From Auanema rhodensis (lineage: Eukaryota; Animalia; Nematoda): DNA of 64,000 nucleotides. The stretch is taken from the NCBI GenBank assembly GCA_964057225.1, contig OZ059897.1:4464001-4528000 (forward strand). The letters are read 5' to 3'. How positions within the stretch are numbered: position 1 is the first letter of the stretch; each line of letters starts with the position of its first letter. Under the pieces are notes generated by a model. The model saw only the letters and a list, made by a program, of their open reading frames with translations. It searched no databases and was not told the DNA's origin. Below, in pieces: positions 29,301 through 41,566 of the stretch. Both the position numbers and the translations under genes were made by a program.

Positions 29301-30888
29301 AAAAGAATCTAAAAACATCTACTTTTTGTGAAATTATTTAGAAATTTTTCGGGAAAATTTTTGTCACAATGTTTTTGGAAGCAATGTTGAGTGTACATGG
29401 GAACTCAGCATACACTAATGCATTATTTTTCAAACGATCATAACTAATTTTTAAATAGAGCGTTTCTCAATGTAGTATAGTGCATTCGATGCGGATTTTT
29501 GAGCTGCGTTGATCTGTGTTATCAGATTTGAGTTAGCTTAAAAATGCACCGAGATATCAACTGATATATGTTCACACTTATATCCTCGATTTTCACCCTG
29601 AAGAAATGATTTTTTCGTTGAAAAACATTGTCCATCGTATTCGTCTTGAAAAAAAGAATCTAAAAACATCTACTTTTTGTGAAATTATTCAGAAATTTTT
29701 CGGGAAAATTTTTGTCAAAATGTTTTTGGAAGCAATGTTGAGTGTACATGGGAACTCAACATACACTAATGCATTATTTTTCAAACGATCATAACTAATT
29801 TTTGTATGGAGCGTTTCTCAATGTAGTATAGTGCATTCGATGCGGATTTTTAAGCTGCGTTGATCTGTGTTATCAGATTTGCGCTAGCTTAAAAATGCAC
29901 CGAGTAATCAACTGATATAGGTTCACACTTATATCCTCGATTTTCACCCTGAAGAATTAATTTTTTCGTTGAATAACATTGTCCATCGTCTTTGCCTTGA
30001 AAAAAGAAATCTAAAAACTCCTACTTTTCGTGAAATTATTTAGAAATTTTTCGGGAAAATTTTTGTCACAATGTTTTTGGAAGCAATGTTGAGTGTACAT
30101 GGGAACTCAGCATACACTAATGCATTATTTTTCAAACGATCATAACTAATTTTTGTATAGAGCGTTTCTCAATGTAGTATAGTGCATTCGATGCGGATTT
30201 TTAAGCTGCGTCGATCTGTGTTATCAGATTTGAGTTAGCTTGAAAATGCACCGAGATATCAACTGATATATGTTCACACTTATATCCTCGATTTTCACCC
30301 TGAAGAAATGATTTTTTCGTTGAAAAACATTGTCCATCGTATTCGTCTTGAAAAAAGGAATCTAAAAACATCTACTTTTTGTGAAATTATTTAGAAATTT
30401 TTCGGGAAAATTTTTGTCACAATGTTTTTGGAAGCAATGTTGAGTGTACATGGGAACTCAGCATACACTAATGCATTATTTTTCAAACGATCATAACTAA
30501 TTTTTGTATAGAGCGTTTCTCAATGTAGTATAGTGCATTCGATGCGGATTTTTAAGCTGCGTCGATCTGTGTTATCAGATTTGAGTTAGCTTAAAAATGC
30601 ACCGAGATATCAACTGATATATGTTCACACTTATATCCTCGATTTTCACCCTGAAGAAATTATTTTTTCGTTGAAAAACATTGTCCATCCTATTCGTCTT
30701 GAAAAAAAGAATCTAAAAACATCTACTTTTTGTGAAATTATTCAGAAATTTTTCGGGAAAATTTTTGTCAAAATGTTTTTGGAAGCAATGTTGAGTGTAC
30801 ATGGGAACTCAACATACACTAATGCATTATTTTTCAAACGATCATAACTAATTTTTGTATGGAGCGTTTCTCAATGTAGTATAGTGCA

Positions 30889-32994
30889 TTCGATGCGGAT
30901 TTTTGAGCTGCGTTGATCTGTGTTATCAGATTTGCGCTAGCTTAAAAATGCACCGAGTAATCAACTGATATAGGTTCACACTTATATCCTCGATTTTCAC
31001 CCTGAAGAATTAATTTTTTCGTTGAATAACATTGTCCATCGTCTTTGCCTTGAGAAAAGAAATCTAAAAACTCCTACTTTTTGTGAAATTATTTAGAAAT
31101 TTTTCGGGAAAATTTTTGTCACAATGTTTTTGGAAGCAATGTTGAGTGTACATGGGAACTCAGCATACACTAATGCATTATTTTTCAAACGATCATAACT
31201 AATTTTTAAATAGAGCGTTTCTCAATGTAGTATAGTGCATTCGATGCGGATTTTTGAGCTGCGTTGATCTGTGTTATCAGATTTGAGTTAGCTTAAAAAT
31301 GCACCGAGATATCAACTGATATATGTTCACACTTATATCCTCGATTTTCACCCTGAAGAAATGATTTTTTTGTTGAAAAACATTGTCCATCGTATTCGTC
31401 TTGAAAAAAAGAATCTAAAAACATCTACTTTTTGTGAAATTATTCAGAAATTTTTCGGGAAAATTTTTGTCAAAATGTTTTTGGAAGCAATGTTGAGTGT
31501 ACATGGAAACTCAACATACACTAATGCATCATTTTTCAAACGATCATAACTAAATTTTGTATTGAGTGTTTCTTAATGTAATATAGTGCATTCGATGCGG
31601 ATTTTTAAGCTGCATCGATCTGTGTTATCAGATTTGCGCTAGCTTAAAAATGCACCGAGTAATCAACTGATATAGGTTCACACTTATATCCTCGATTTTC
31701 ACCCTGAAGAATTAATTTTTTCGTTGAATAACATTGTCCATCGTCTTTGCCTTGAAAAAAGATATCTAAAAACTCCTACTTTTCGTGAAATTATTTAGAA
31801 ATTTTTCGGGAAAATTTTTGTCACAATGTTTTTGGAAGCAATGTTGAGTGTACATGGGAACTCAGCATACACTAATGCATTATTTTTCAAACGATCATAA
31901 CTAATTTTTGTATAGAGCGTTTCTCAATGTAGTATAGTGCATTCGATGCGGATTTTTGAGCTGCGTTGATCTGTGTTATCAGATTTGCGCTAGCTTAAAA
32001 ATGCACCGAGTAATCAACTGATATAGGTTCACACTTATATCCTCGATTTTCACCCTGAAGAATTAATTTTTTCGTTGAATAACATTGTCCATCGTCTTTG
32101 CCTTGAGAAAAGAAATCTAAAAACTCCTACTTTTTGTGAAATTATTTAGAAATTTTTCGGGAAAATTTTTGTCACAATGTTTTTGGAAGCAATGTTGAGT
32201 GTACATGGGAACTCAGCATACACTAATGCATTATTTTTCAAACGATCATAACTAATTTTTAAATAGAGCGTTTCTCAATGTAGTATAGTGCATTCGATGC
32301 GGATTTTTGAGCTGCGTTGATCTGTGTTATCAGATTTGAGTTAGCTTAAAAATGCACCGAGATATCAACTGATATATGTTCACACTTATATCCTCGATTT
32401 TCACCCTGAAGAAATGATTTTTTTGTTGAAAAACATTGTCCATCGTATTCGTCTTGAAAAAAAGAATCTAAAAACATCTACTTTTTGTGAAATTATTCAG
32501 AAATTTTTCGGGAAAATTTTTGTCAAAATGTTTTTGGAAGCAATGTTGAGTGTACATGGAAACTCAACATACACTAATGCATCATTTTTCAAACGATCAT
32601 AACTAAATTTTGTATTGAGTGTTTCTTAATGTAATATAGTGCATTCGATGCGGATTTTTAAGCTGCATCGATCTGTGTTATCAGATTTGCGCTAGCTTAA
32701 AAATGCACCGAGTAATCAACTGATATAGGTTCACACTTATATCCTCGATTTTCACCCTGAAGAATTAATTTTTTCGTTGAATAACATTGTCCATCGTCTT
32801 TGCCTTGAAAAAAGATATCTAAAAACTCCTACTTTTCGTGAAATTATTTAGAAATTTTTCGGGAAAATTTTTGTCACAATGTTTTTGGAAGCAATGTTGA
32901 GTGTACATGGGAACTCAGCATACACTAATGCATTATTTTTCAAACGATCATAACTAATTTTTGTATAGAGCGTTTCTCAATGTAGTATAGTGCA
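30889..32994 (+). repeat. Local 3-monomer (1053-bp) higher-order duplication carrying the divergent tract
   Basis: MIFLLK ORFs at 31361/32414 and the divergent tract at 31507/32560. The GCTGCATCG and AAGATATCT variants also repeat 1053 bp apart. Confidence 0.88.
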
Positions 32995-35900
32995 TTCGAT
33001 GCGGATTTTTAAGCTGCGTCGATCTGTGTTATCAGATTTGAGTTAGCTTGAAAATGCACCGAGATATCAACTGATATATGTTCACACTTATATCCTCGAT
33101 TTTCACCCTGAAGAAATGATTTTTTCGTTGAAAAACATTGTCCATCGTATTCGTCTTGAAAAAAGGAATCTAAAAACATCTACTTTTTGTGAAATTATTT
33201 AGAAATTTTTCGGGAAAATTTTTGTCACAATGTTTTTGGAAGCAATGTTGAGTGTACATGGGAACTCAGCATACACTAATGCATTATTTTTCAAACGATC
33301 ATAACTAATTTTTGTATAGAGCGTTTCTCAATGTAGTATAGTGCATTCGATGCGGATTTTTAAGCTGCGTCGATCTGTGTTATCAGATTTGAGTTAGCTT
33401 AAAAATGCACCGAGATATCAACTGATATATGTTCACACTTATATCCTCGATTTTCACCCTGAAGAAATTATTTTTTCGTTGAAAAACATTGTCCATCCTA
33501 TTCGTCTTGAAAAAAAGAATCTAAAAACATCTACTTTTTGTGAAATTATTCAGAAATTTTTCGGGAAAATTTTTGTCAAAATGTTTTTGGAAGCAATGTT
33601 GAGTGTACATGGGAACTCAACATACACTAATGCATTATTTTTCAAACGATCATAACTAATTTTTGTATGGAGCGTTTCTCAATGTAGTATAGTGCATTCG
33701 ATGCGGATTTTTGAGCTGCGTTGATCTGTGTTATCAGATTTGCGCTAGCTTAAAAATGCACCGAGTAATCAACTGATATAGGTTCACACTTATATCCTCG
33801 ATTTTCACCCTGAAGAATTAATTTTTTCGTTGAATAACATTGTCCATCGTCTTTGCCTTGAGAAAAGAAATCTAAAAACTCCTACTTTTTGTGAAATTAT
33901 TTAGAAATTTTTCGGGAAAATTTTTGTCACAATGTTTTTGGAAGCAATGTTGAGTGTACATGGGAACTCAGCATACACTAATGCATTATTTTTCAAACGA
34001 TCATAACTAATTTTTAAATAGAGCGTTTCTCAATGTAGTATAGTGCATTCGATGCGGATTTTTGAGCTGCGTTGATCTGTGTTATCAGATTTGCGCTAGC
34101 TTAAAAATGCACCGAGTAATCAACTGATATAGGTTCACACTTATATCCTCGATTTTCACCCTGAAGAATTAATTTTTTCGTTGAATAACATTGTCCATCG
34201 TCTTTGCCTTGAGAAAAGAAATCTAAAAACTCCTACTTTTTGTGAAATTATTTAGAAATTTTTCGGGAAAATTTTTGTCACAATGTTTTTGGAAGCAATG
34301 TTGAGTGTACATGGGAACTCAGCATACACTAATGCATTATTTTTCAAACGATCATAACTAATTTTTAAATAGAGCGTTTCTCAATGTAGTATAGTGCATT
34401 CGATGCGGATTTTTGAGCTGCGTTGATCTGTGTTATCAGATTTGAGTTAGCTTAAAAATGCACCGAGATATCAACTGATATATGTTCACACTTATATCCT
34501 CGATTTTCACCCTGAAGAAATGATTTTTTCGTTGAAAAACATTGTCCATCGTATTCGTCTTGAAAAAAAGAATCTAAAAACATCTACTTTTTGTGAAATT
34601 ATTCAGAAATTTTTCGGGAAAATTTTTGTCAAAATGTTTTTGGAAGCAATGTTGAGTGTACATGGAAACTCAACATACACTAATGCATCATTTTTCAAAC
34701 GATCATAACTAAATTTTGTATTGAGTGTTTCTTAATGTAATATAGTGCATTCGATGCGGATTTTTAAGCTGCGTCGATCTGTGTTATCAGATTTGCGCTA
34801 GCTTAAAAATGCACCGAGTAATCAACTGATATAGGTTCACACTTATATCCTCGATTTTCACCCTGAAGAAATGATTTTTTCGTTGAAAAACATTGTCCAT
34901 CGTATTCGTCTTGAAAAAAAGGAATCTAAAAACATCTACTTTTTGTGAAATTATTTAGAAATTTTTCGGGAAAATTTTTGTCACAATGTTTTTGGAAGCA
35001 ATGTTGAGTGTACATGGGAACTCAGCATACACTAATGCATTATTTTTCAAACGATCATAACTAATTTTTGTATAGAGCGTTTCTCAATGTAGTATAGTGC
35101 ATTCGATGCGGATTTTTAAGCTGCGTCGATCTGTGTTATCAGATTTGAGTTAGCTTAAAAATGCACCGAGATATCAACTGATATATGTTCACACTTATAT
35201 CCTCGATTTTCACCCTGAAGAAATTATTTTTTCGTTGAAAAACATTGTCCATCCTATTCGTCTTGAAAAAAAGAATCTAAAAACATCTACTTTTTGTGAA
35301 ATTATTCAGAAATTTTTCGGGAAAATTTTTGTCAAAATGTTTTTGGAAGCAATGTTGAGTGTACATGGGAACTCAACATACACTAATGCATTATTTTTCA
35401 AACGATCATAACTAATTTTTGTATGGAGCGTTTCTCAATGTAGTATAGTGCATTCGATGCGGATTTTTGAGCTGCGTTGATCTGTGTTATCAGATTTGCG
35501 CTAGCTTAAAAATGCACCGAGTAATCAACTGATATAGGTTCACACTTATATCCTCGATTTTCACCCTGAAGAATTAATTTTTTCGTTGAATAACATTGTC
35601 CATCGTCTTTGCCTTGAGAAAAGAAATCTAAAAACTCCTACTTTTTGTGAAATTATTTAGAAATTTTTCGGGAAAATTTTTGTCACAATGTTTTTGGAAG
35701 CAATGTTGAGTGTACATGGGAACTCAGCATACACTAATGCATTATTTTTCAAACGATCATAACTAATTTTTAAATAGAGCGTTTCTCAATGTAGTATAGT
35801 GCATTCGATGCGGATTTTTGAGCTGCGTTGATCTGTGTTATCAGATTTGAGTTAGCTTAAAAATGCACCGAGATATCAACTGATATATGTTCACACTTAT

Positions 35901-36348
35901 ATCCTCGATTTTCACCCTGAAGAAATGATTTTTTCGTTGAAAAACATTGTCCATCGTATTCGTCTTGAAAAAAAGAATCTAAAAACATCTACTTTTTGTG
36001 AAATTATTCAGAAATTTTTCGGGAAAATTTTTGTCAAAATGTTTTTGGAAGCAATGTTGAGTGTACATGGAAACTCAACATACACTAATGCATCATTTTT
36101 CAAACGATCATAACTAAATTTTGTATTGAGTGTTTCTTAATGTAATATAGTGCATTCGATGCGGATTTTTAAGCTGCGTCGATCTGTGTTATCAGATTTG
36201 CGCTAGCTTAAAAATGCACCGAGTAATCAACTGATATAGGTTCACACTTATATCCTCGATTTTCACCCTGAAGAATTAATTTTTTCGTTGAATAACATTG
36301 TCCATCGTCTTTGCCTTGAAAAAAGAAATCTAAAAACTCCTACTTTTC

Positions 36349-36809
36349 GTGAAATTATTTAGAAATTTTTCGGGAAAATTTTTGTCACAATGTTTTTGGA
36401 AGCAATGTTGAGTGTACATGGGAACTCAGCATACACTAATGCATTATTTTTCAAACGATCATAACTAATTTTTGTATAGAGCGTTTCTCAATGTAGTATA
36501 GTGCATTCGATGCGGATTTTTAAGCTGCGTCGATCTGTGTTATCAGATTTGAGTTATAAGTGTGAACATATATCAGTTGATATCTCGGTGCATTTTCAAG
36601 CTAACTCAAATCTGATAACACAGATCGACGCAGCTTAAAAATCCGCATCGAATGCACTATACTACATTGAGAAACGCTCTATACAAAAATTAGTTATGAT
36701 CGTTTGAAAAATAATGCATTAGTGTATGCTGAGTTCCCATGTACACTCAACATTGCTTCCAAAAACATTGTGACAAAAATTTTCCCGAAAAATTTCTAAA
36801 TAATTTCAC
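36349..36809. other. Inversion junction: perfect inverted repeat (arms 36349-36556 and 36602-36809) around a 45-bp spacer, TA microhomology at 36555-36556
   Basis: The junction reads ...CAGATTTGAGT-TA-TAAGTGTGAAC.... The forward monomer starting at 36506 ends at monomer position 51, and the reverse monomer starts at monomer position 98. The arms are complementary until 36348 (C) versus 36810 (A). Confidence 0.95.
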
Positions 36810-39800
36810 AAAAAGTAGGAGTTTTTAGATTTTTTTTTTCAAGGCAAAGACGATGGACAACGTTATTCAACGAAAAAATTAATTCTTCAGGGTGAAAATC
36901 GAGGATATAAGTGTGAACCTATATCAGTTGATTACTCGGTGCATTTTTAAGCTAGCGCAAATCTGATAACACAGATCAACGCAGCTTAAAAATCCGCATC
37001 GAATGCACTATACTACATTGAGAAACGCTCCATACAAAAATTAGTTATGATCGTTTGAAAAATAATGCATTAGTGTATGCTGAGTTCCCATGTACACTCA
37101 ACATTGCTTCCAAAAACATTTTGACAAAAATTTTCCCGAAAAATTTCTAAATAATTTCACAAAAAGTAGATGTTTTTAGATTCTTTTTTTCAAGACGAAT
37201 ACGATGGACAATGTTTTTCAACGAAAAAATCATTTCTTCAGGGTGAAAATCGAGGATATAAGTGTGAACATATATCAGTTGATTACTCGGTGCATTTTTA
37301 AGCTAGCGCAAATCTGATAACACAGATCAACGCAGCTCAAAAATCCGCATCGAATGCACTATACTACATTGAGAAACGCTCTATTTAAAAATTAGTTATG
37401 ATCGTTTGAAAAATAATGCATTAGTGTATGTTGAGTTCCCATGTACACTCAACATTGCTTCCAAAAACATTGTGACAAAAATTTTCCCGAAAAATTTCTA
37501 AATAATTTCACGAAAAGTAGGAGTTTTTAGATTTCTTTTTTCAAGGCAAAGACGATGGACAATGTTATTCAACGAAAAAATTAATTCTTCAGGGTGAAAA
37601 TCGAGGATATAAGTGTGAACCTATATCAGTTGATTACTCGGTGCATTTTTAAGCTAGCGCAAATCTGATAACACAGATCAACGCAGCTTAAAAATCCGCA
37701 TCGAATGCACTATACTACATTGAGAAACGCTCCATACAAAAATTAGTTATGATCGTTTGAAAAATAATGCATTAGTGTATGCTGAGTTCCCATGTACACT
37801 CAACATTGCTTCCAAAAACATTGTGACTAAAATTTTCCCGAAAAATTTCTAAATAATTTCACAAAAAGTAGGAGTTTTTAGATTTCTTTTTTCAAGGCAA
37901 AGATGATGGACAATGTTATTCAACGAAAAAATTAATTCTTCAGGGTGAAAATCGAGGATATAAGTGTGAACCTATATCAGTTGATTACTCGGTGCATTTT
38001 TAAGCTAGCGCAAATCTGATAACACAGATCAACGCAGCTTAAAAATCCGCATCGAATGCACTATACTACATTGAGAAACGCTCCATACAAAAATTAGTTA
38101 TGATCGTTTGAAAAATAATGCATTAGTGTATGTTGAGTTCCAATGTACACTCAACATTGCTTCCAAAAACATTTTGACAAAAATTTTCCCGAAAATTTTC
38201 TGAATAATTTCACAAAAAGTAGATGTTTTTAGATTCTTTTTTTCAAGACGAATACGATGGACAATGTTTTTCAACGAAAAAATCATTTCTTCAGGGTGAA
38301 AATCGAGGATATAAGTGTGAACATATATCAGTTGATATCTCGGTGCATTTTTAAGCTAACTCAAATCTGATAACACAGATCGACGCAGCTTAAAAATCCG
38401 CATCGAATGCACTATACTACATTGAGAAACGCTCTATACAAAAATTAGTTATGATCGTTTGAAAAATAATGCATTAGTGTATGCTGAGTTCCCATGTACA
38501 CTCAACATTGCTTCCAAAAACATTGTGACAAAAATTTTCCCGAAAAATTTCTAAATAATTTCACAAAAAGTAGGAGTTTTTAGATTTTTTTTTTCAAGGC
38601 AAAGACGATGGACAACGTTATTCAACGAAAAAATTAATTCTTCAGGGTGAAAATCGAGGATATAAGTGTGAACCTATATCAGTTGATTACTCGGTGCATT
38701 TTTAAGCTAGCGCAAATCTGATAACACAGATCAACGCAGCTTAAAAATCCGCATCGAATGCACTATACTACATTGAGAAACGCTCCATACAAAAATTAGT
38801 TATGATCGTTTGAAAAATAATGCATTAGTGTATGCTGAGTTCCCATGTACACTCAACATTGCTTCCAAAAACATTGTGACTAAAATTTTCCCGAAAAATT
38901 TCTAAATAATTTCACAAAAAGTAGGAGTTTTTAGATTTCTTTTTTCAAGGCAAAGATGATGGACAATGTTATTCAACGAAAAAATTAATTCTTCAGGGTG
39001 AAAATCGAGGATATAAGTGTGAACCTATATCAGTTGATTACTCGGTGCATTTTTAAGCTAGCGCAAATCTGATAACACAGATCAACGCAGCTTAAAAATC
39101 CGCATCGAATGCACTATACTACATTGAGAAACGCTCCATACAAAAATTAGTTATGATCGTTTGAAAAATAATGCATTAGTGTATGTTGAGTTCCAATGTA
39201 CACTCAACATTGCTTCCAAAAACATTTTGACAAAAATTTTCCCGAAAATTTTCTGAATAATTTCACAAAAAGTAGATGTTTTTAGATTCTTTTTTTCAAG
39301 ACGAATACGATGGACAATGTTTTTCAACGAAAAAATCATTTCTTCAGGGTGAAAATCGAGGATATAAGTGTGAACATATATCAGTTGATATCTCGGTGCA
39401 TTTTTAAGCTAACTCAAATCTGATAACACAGATCGACGCAGCTTAAAAATCCGCATCGAATGCACTATACTACATTGAGAAACGCTCTATACAAAAATTA
39501 GTTATGATCGTTTGAAAAATAATGCATTAGTGTATGCTGAGTTCCCATGTACACTCAACATTGCTTCCAAAAACATTGTGACAAAAATTTTCCCGAAAAA
39601 TTTCTAAATAATTTCACAAAAAGTAGGAGTTTTTAGATTTTTTTTTTCAAGGCAAAGACGATGGACAACGTTATTCAACGAAAAAATTAATTCTTCAGGG
39701 TGAAAATCGAGGATATAAGTGTGAACCTATATCAGTTGATTACTCGGTGCATTTTTAAGCTAGCGCAAATCTGATAACACAGATCAACGCAGCTTAAAAA

Positions 39801-41215
39801 TCCGCATCGAATGCACTATACTACATTGAGAAACGCTCCATACAAAAATTAGTTATGATCGTTTGAAAAATAATGCATTAGTGTATGCTGAGTTCCCATG
39901 TACACTCAACATTGCTTCCAAAAACATTTTGACAAAAATTTTCCCGAAAAATTTCTAAATAATTTCACAAAAAGTAGATGTTTTTAGATTCTTTTTTTCA
40001 AGACGAATACGATGGACAATGTTTTTCAACGAAAAAATCATTTCTTCAGGGTGAAAATCGAGGATATAAGTGTGAACATATATCAGTTGATTACTCGGTG
40101 CATTTTTAAGCTAGCGCAAATCTGATAACACAGATCAACGCAGCTCAAAAATCCGCATCGAATGCACTATACTACATTAAGAAACGCTCTATTTAAAAAT
40201 TAGTTATGATCGTTTGAAAAATAATGCATTAGTGTATGTTGAGTTCCCATGTACACTCAACATTGCTTCCAAAAACATTGTGACAAAAATTTTCCCGAAA
40301 AATTTCTAAATAATTTCACGAAAAGTAGGAGTTTTTAGATTTCTTTTTTCAAGGCAAAGACGATGGACAATGTTATTCAACGAAAAAATTAATTCTTCAG
40401 GGTGAAAATCGAGGATATAAGTGTGAACCTATATCAGTTGATTACTCGGTGCATTTTTAAGCTAGCGCAAATCTGATAACACAGATCAACGCAGCTTAAA
40501 AATCCGCATCGAATGCACTATACTACATTGAGAAACGCTCCATACAAAAATTAGTTATGATCGTTTGAAAAATAATGCATTAGTGTATGCTGAGTTCCCA
40601 TGTACACTCAACATTGCTTCCAAAAACATTGTGACAAAAATTTTCCCGAAAAATTTCTAAATAATTTCACAAAAAGTAGATGTTTTTAGATTCTTTTTTT
40701 CAAGACGAATACGATGGACAATGTTTTTCAACGAAAAAATCATTTCTTCAGGGTGAAAATCGAGGATATAAGTGTGAACATATATCAGTTGATTACTCGG
40801 TGCATTTTTAAGCTAGCGCAAATCTGATAACACAGATCAACGCAGCTTAAAAATCCGCATCGAATGCACTATACTACATTGAGAAACGCTCCATACAAAA
40901 ATTAGTTATGATCGTTTGAAAAATAATGCATTAGTGTATGTTGAGTTCCAATGTACACTCAACATTGCTTCCAAAAACATTTTGACAAAAATTTTCCCGA
41001 AAATTTTCTGAATAATTTCACAAAAAGTAGATGTTTTTAGATTCTTTTTTTCAAGACGAATACGATGGACAATGTTTTTCAACGAAAAAATCATTTCTTC
41101 AGGGTGAAAATCGAGGATATAAGTGTGAACATATATCAGTTGATATCTCGGTGCATTTTTAAGCTAACTCAAATCTGATAACACAGATCGACGCAGCTTA
41201 AAAATCCGCATCGAA
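36653..41215 (-). repeat. Junction-proximal 5-mer/3-mer/5-mer higher-order block
   Basis: The private GTTCCAATG variant (ORFs with VHWN) is in the ORFs at 38098, 39151 and 40906 (spacings 1053 and 1755). The GTGACTAAA variant occurs twice, 1053 bp apart. Confidence 0.75.
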
Positions 41216-41566
41216 TGCACTATACTACATTGAGAAACGCTCTATACAAAAATTAGTTATGATCGTTTGAAAAATAATGCATTAGTGTATGCTGAGTTCC
41301 CATGTACACTCAACATTGCTTCCAAAAACATTGTGACAAAAATTTTCCCGAAAAATTTCTAAATAATTTCACAAAAAGTAGGAGTTTTTAGATTTTTTTT
41401 TTCAAGGCAAAGACGATGGACAACGTTATTCAACGAAAAAATTAATTCTTCAGGGTGAAAATCGAGGATATAAGTGTGAACCTATATCAGTTGATTACTC
41501 GGTGCATTTTTAAGCTAGCGCAAATCTGATAACACAGATCAACGCAGCTTAAAAATCCGCATCGAA

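Larger units (their letters stand above)
1..36556 (+). repeat. 351-bp tandem satellite array, forward-oriented block (104 full monomers plus 51 bp)
   Basis: The anchor TTCGATGCGG recurs at 1, 352, 3511, 7021, 14041, 21061, 28081, 31591 and 34750 (all 351n+1). After a 1-bp A insertion near 34914-34920 it recurs at 35102 and on to 36506. ORF-track copies are spaced by multiples of 351. There is no unique spacer sequence. Strand is defined arbitrarily by monomer 1. Confidence 0.99.

Noticed and set aside
36550-36610. Transposon insertion or footprint at the junction
   Set aside because: Every junction base is explained by satellite sequence on one strand or the other. There is no foreign DNA, terminal repeat or target-site duplication.
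36349-36809. Inversion as a palindromic-read or assembly chimera
   Set aside because: Disfavoured but not excluded without reads: the arms diverge after 208 bp and each side has private variants and its own HOR patterns, whereas a read fold-back would give an exact mirror.
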